IMG/VR virus record: IMGVR_UViG_3300048916_000077
Coordinates: 1 to 42,646 of that record
Reading direction: 5' to 3' (one strand)
Source: a virus
Length of the DNA: 42,646 nucleotides
Part shown: piece by piece, positions 39,734 to 42,646 of the stretch
How the letters are laid out: every line of letters begins with the position of its first letter
Position numbering within the stretch: the first letter of the stretch is position 1
Notes under the pieces: model-generated
Told to the model about the DNA's origin: nothing
The model's database searches: none
Seen by the model: only the letters and a program-made list of their open reading frames with translations
Translations under genes and position numbers: made by a program

Positions 39734-40689
39734 CCGAAGCTCCCGTAGCTGCCTGGGTCTTGGTAGGACTGGATCGGCTGGTACGAGAGCGTGCTGCCGT
39801 ATGTGCCGCCACTGACCGCCGGGAGACTGCCGCCCTGGTACTGATTGTACGCCTGCGACAGGCCGGAAAGGCCCTGGCCGAGGTTCTGGCCGATCTGCTG
39901 ACCTTGGTTGAACCCGATCTGCTGGCCGGTCTGGCCGATTCCGAGATAGCCCTGCGCCGCGCTCGATGCCGAGGAATTCAGGTTTGAGCCCTGCGTCAAC
40001 GCGCCCAGGCCGGCGTTCTGCATCCCGACGTAGGTGCTGTACGGCAGCGCCGAGCCGGTCGTGTAGGCCCCGGCCGCCGCGTTGCCCAGGTTGCCGCTGG
40101 CCGTGTAGGCGTTGCCGCCCTGGCCGAGATACTGGCCGTACGACTGCAGGCCGGACTGCTCGCGGGCAAGCTGGTTGTTGCGCCAGTCGATGTTGAAGTT
40201 GCCCAGCGTCTGGCCCAGGACGCCGGCGGCATAGGGCGAGTTGCCCACGCCCGTGGCCGACAGCCCGGCCAGGGTCTGGTCCTGGGTCTGTTGTAGCGTC
40301 CGGTTATAGAGCGCGTTCTGCGGATCGAAGGCGGTGTTGAGTTCCCGGTTGGCCGCGCCGAAGCCCCGGTTGGCCTCATTTCCGATGCGGGCGGAATCGC
40401 GCTGAAGCCTGGGACCGAGATTGCTGGTCAGGTAATGCCCCGCCCGCTCGGCGCCGGGGATGACGCCGCGCTGGTACGGGTTGCTGATGATGTTGCGGGC
40501 GATGGTGTTGCCGAGTTGGGCGTTGTGGGTCAGCCCATACATATTCTGCTGGGCGTTGGCATCGCCGCCCTGCTGGTTCTGCGGGACGTAGGCGTCGCCT
40601 CCACCGCCACCGCCACTATTTGCCATGCCATAGGCAGCGCTGGCGATGGTGGCAACTGAGGCGACTGCGCCCAAGGCGGCAAAAGGCAT
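39730..40689 (-). CDS. Gly/Gln/Asn-rich low-complexity protein (319 aa) with hydrophobic N-terminus; internal-virion-like
   Basis: ORF track. MPFAALGAVASVATIASAAYGMANSGGGGGG is followed by N/Q/G/Y-rich sequence to the C-terminus. Confidence 0.5.
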   Translation of the reverse strand: MPFAALGAVASVATIASAAYGMANSGGGGGGDAYVPQNQQGGDANAQQNMYGLTHNAQLGNTIARNIISNPYQRGVIPGAERAGHYLTSNLGPRLQRDSARIGNEANRGFGAANRELNTAFDPQNALYNRTLQQTQDQTLAGLSATGVGNSPYAAGVLGQTLGNFNIDWRNNQLAREQSGLQSYGQYLGQGGNAYTASGNLGNAAAGAYTTGSALPYSTYVGMQNAGLGALTQGSNLNSSASSAAQGYLGIGQTGQQIGFNQGQQIGQNLGQGLSGLSQAYNQYQGGSLPAVSGGTYGSTLSYQPIQSYQDPGSYGSFG

Positions 40690-40702
40690 GTGCGCTCTCC
40701 AG

Positions 40703-41260
40703 CTAAGGGAGGTCGCCCTCCGTCCGCGCGCATACTATCAGGGTAACCCTTTCGGTGTCACCGTTGTTTTCCACGCTGTGCGTCCGCAGATTGTCGAACG
40801 TCCAAGCCTCTCCCGGCTTCATGTGCACCCGGTCATGCTCGCAGATATTCACGCACTCCGGGTTGTTCAGGATCGGCAGATAGATTTTGCAGTTGTGGAA
40901 CTCGGCGTGCCATGAACCCCGGTCATCGTGCGGCAGGATCTGGCCGCCAGGCGGGATGCGCGTGATCAGGATCGCGCCCAAGTGCGTCGCCTCGACCAGC
41001 CGCATCAGGTCGAACACGATGGGCTTCAATGCCGGCAGGGCGTACCAAGCCGGGTAGAACTCACCCCAATGCGGCTCGCGGTAGTTCTTCGGCTCCTTGA
41101 GTTCGGCCATCGGGCGATAGCGCACCCAGATATCGGTCATCTCGGCGTGGACGCCCGAGCGGCGCTGCGGGTTCGCGTCCCACAGTTCGGGCGAGCGCTC
41201 AAGCTGATCACGCAGCGGGCGAATATCGATCCCGGTCTTCAGCAGGGTGAAGTTCTTCAC
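40703..41260 (-). CDS. Aspartyl/asparaginyl beta-hydroxylase-family cupin (185 aa), metal-binding triad intact
   Basis: ORF track. ITRIPPGGQILPHDDRG...CKIYLPILNNPECVNICEHDRVHMKPGEAWTFDNLRTHSVENNGDTERVTLIV follows the PF05118-type pattern (pG..i.pH.D ... R.HlPl ... GE.w.fD....H.v.N.g...Rv.Li). Confidence 0.75.
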   Translation of the reverse strand: MKNFTLLKTGIDIRPLRDQLERSPELWDANPQRRSGVHAEMTDIWVRYRPMAELKEPKNYREPHWGEFYPAWYALPALKPIVFDLMRLVEATHLGAILITRIPPGGQILPHDDRGSWHAEFHNCKIYLPILNNPECVNICEHDRVHMKPGEAWTFDNLRTHSVENNGDTERVTLIVCARTEGDLP

Positions 41261-41496
41261 AACGGTTCAATAATCTCGAACGGCTCGGTAAATTTGACCA
41301 TGAAGAACCCAGGCCCGTGCGGGCTGCCCGGATCGTACATCGCGAATTCGCCGGTCTCGAAAATAAGTCCTTTTGCTCCATCGTGGCCCGTTTGCACGCC
41401 CCTCAGGACCAAATCCTTCCCGCCTTTATAGGGCCGGAATATGGTGCCCGGCTTAACATCTTCTTCCCTGACGCTGACCACCCAAAGACCAATCAT
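41257..41496 (-). CDS. Small hypothetical protein (79 aa) inside the enzyme cassette
   Basis: ORF track. Its stop overlaps the start of the downstream cupin gene (4-nt ATGA-type overlap). No motif was recognised. Confidence 0.5.
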   Translation of the reverse strand: MIGLWVVSVREEDVKPGTIFRPYKGGKDLVLRGVQTGHDGAKGLIFETGEFAMYDPGSPHGPGFFMVKFTEPFEIIEPL

Positions 41497-41508
41497 GAAA
41501 ACCTCCGA

Positions 41509-42072
41509 TTAAAGCGCCGGCCCATAGATCGTCCGCAGCCCGGCCATGTTCTTCGTCCCGGCATCGATCACCGATTTGGCGTCGGTCTGCACGTTGACAT
41601 GGCCCCACAGGTCCCACCAGTGGCCCGGCATGGTCTCGCCGAGGCAGTGGCGGAAGATCCAGGCACAGGTCGCCTTGTCGTTCAGTTCCTCGAACCGGAC
41701 CACGATTGCGTGCGGGAGCCAGGAGGCCCGTTCGAGCTTCTGCGCCAGATGTTCGAGGAAGTGCCCTGCCATCGGATAGCCGATCCGCGCCATGCTGGCC
41801 CGCACCTGCGCTATATCGCGCCGCACGACCACCATGCGCGTCGCTGGGAGCGCCCTGGCGATGTCCTCGGCACGGAGGCCCAGCATTGTATCGGACAGCC
41901 CCACGCCCGCCCGCAGCGTCGCCAGCACCTCATCGAAGCTCCCCATGGTCGCTGTGCCCTCATGGCGGCACTCGCGGTCGCCGTAGGACAGGAAGTTCGC
42001 CAGCCACGCTGTTCGGCTCCGCGGCAGGCCGAGAACGCAGAACGGGTTATTCGGCATCGACCGGCACCACAT
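41509..42072 (-). CDS. NodH-like sulfotransferase-fold protein (187 aa; alternative ATG at 42057 gives 182 aa)
   Basis: ORF track. FCVLGLPRSRTAWLANFL resembles the 5'-PSB P-loop of NodH/Sulfotransfer-type enzymes (FAILAMPRTGTHYLEELL in NodH as I recall it). MVVVRRDIAQVRASMAR resembles the 3'-PB RxDxxxxxxS motif. Confidence 0.55.
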   Translation of the reverse strand: MWCRSMPNNPFCVLGLPRSRTAWLANFLSYGDRECRHEGTATMGSFDEVLATLRAGVGLSDTMLGLRAEDIARALPATRMVVVRRDIAQVRASMARIGYPMAGHFLEHLAQKLERASWLPHAIVVRFEELNDKATCAWIFRHCLGETMPGHWWDLWGHVNVQTDAKSVIDAGTKNMAGLRTIYGPAL

Positions 42073-42517
42073 CCACGACCAGGTGTATCCGGTCGTTCAT
42101 GCCCAGGTTGATCTCGCTGTGCAGCATCCGGTGATTGAGCAGCACAAGCTGGCCGACCGGCGCGACCATCGCATCGCCGCCGCAGTAGAGCCACGCGGCC
42201 GGCGACGGGACGAGGCAGACATGCACCCGCACCATCTGCTCGGTCTCGACGCTCTTTTCCTCCTGCCAGGGGGTGAAGCCACCGGGCGGCAGGGAGACGA
42301 TCTCAGCGCGGCGGATGAGGCAGTCGCTGTCGCCGCCGACCAGCCGCTTGATCCGGTTCAGCAGGTTCTTCGCCGACTTGAACTTCTCCAGCACCGGGCG
42401 GTCGCCTTCGGCATCGCGCAGCACGATCGAGCCGCCCATGAAGCTCTCGCGGTGCCGGACGAGGAGGTTGGCGGTCATCATCGACGTGTCGATGAAGCCG
42501 AGGGAGCGGAGGCTCAC
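42047..42517 (-). CDS. Second Asp/Asn beta-hydroxylase-family cupin paralogue (156 aa, GTG start) with altered first metal-ligand position
   Basis: ORF track. SLPPGGFTPWQEEKS...RVHVCLVPSPAAWLYCGGDAMVAPVGQLVLLNHRMLHSEINLGMNDRIHLVVDV follows the same family pattern as 40703..41260, but has W-Q-E where the paralogue has H-D-D. Its GTG start overlaps the TGA of the wrap-around fibre gene. Confidence 0.6.
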   Translation of the reverse strand: MSLRSLGFIDTSMMTANLLVRHRESFMGGSIVLRDAEGDRPVLEKFKSAKNLLNRIKRLVGGDSDCLIRRAEIVSLPPGGFTPWQEEKSVETEQMVRVHVCLVPSPAAWLYCGGDAMVAPVGQLVLLNHRMLHSEINLGMNDRIHLVVDVVPVDAE

Positions 42518-42646
42518 GTTAGGGTCACACCGATCTGATTTTCAACAACCCAGACTCCGCTAACCGCCTTTAAGACCAGAACCTGATTTGCCGCGTTCCA
42601 TGTGCATGTGGTGCTGGCCGTTCCACCGATCACATTGGTCAGCGCC
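42514..42646 (-). CDS. 3' end of the wrap-around tail-fibre gene (same gene as 1..1872; last sense codon plus TGA at 42514..42519, the rest duplicates bases 1..127)
   Basis: The frame from ATG 1872 places CTA at bases 3..1. In the end copy the same frame continues ...GTG ACC CTA ACG TGA. Confidence 0.8.
   Translation of the reverse strand, partial: ALTNVIGGTASTTCTWNAANQVLVLKAVSGVWVVENQIGVTLT
42520..42646. repeat. Terminal direct repeat, copy 2 of 2 (identical to 1..127)
   Basis: Direct comparison with bases 1-127. Confidence 0.95.

Overview
The window is a complete dsDNA phage genome that was linearised arbitrarily. Bases 1-127 recur exactly at 42520-42646, giving a unique length of 42,519 bp, and a 625-codon tail-fibre gene reads straight through the junction.

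The genome is high G+C and podovirus-like, since I see no tape-measure, sheath or tube gene. The host is probably alphaproteobacterial. That is inference from composition, a NodH-like enzyme, a GapR-like protein and CTTGAC-type promoters.

Layout:
- **Late operon (minus strand).** It runs from about 21.5 kb down through base 1, wraps to 42.5 kb and continues down to about 34.4 kb. In order it carries small proteins, a holin-like protein and a lipoprotein, large terminase, portal, scaffold, an N4-gp56-type major capsid protein, small head/neck proteins, two tail-tubular-like proteins and a gp53-like tail fibre. Then come a 1049-aa beta-helix tailspike, three further fibre-region proteins, the SGNH-like distal fibre, an enzyme cassette (cupin hydroxylase / NodH-like sulfotransferase / cupin hydroxylase), three low-complexity internal-virion-like proteins and a PurD-like ATP-grasp ligase.
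- **Early unit, plus strand, 21.65-24.9 kb.** Small proteins, a tRNA-like gene with terminator, an HTH protein and an SNF2 helicase.
- **Early unit, minus strand, 29.5-25.4 kb.** Cro-like HTH, GapR-like protein, RusA, Lar, a Toprim protein, an MT-A70 methyltransferase and a RepA/AAA_25-like ATPase.
- **Early unit, plus strand, 29.65-34.4 kb.** YqaJ exonuclease, HNH endonuclease, ERF annealase, a DUF927-like P-loop protein and a second Lar.
- **Opposite-strand insert.** A free-standing endonuclease VII gene sits inside the late operon.

I could not recognise an integrase, DNA or RNA polymerase, endolysin or small terminase.

Most noteworthy:
- The hydroxylase/sulfotransferase cassette and the ATP-grasp ligase are embedded among virion genes.
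- Three consecutive fibre-region proteins carry Sec-type signal peptides.
- The tRNA-like gene has Ser-type architecture but no canonical anticodon arm.
- Two promoters share an operator-like sequence in their spacers, and a 19-nt intergenic element is repeated.
- There are two long non-coding tracts, of about 460 bp and about 390 bp.

All functional calls rest on motif recognition by eye and on gene order. No database search was possible.
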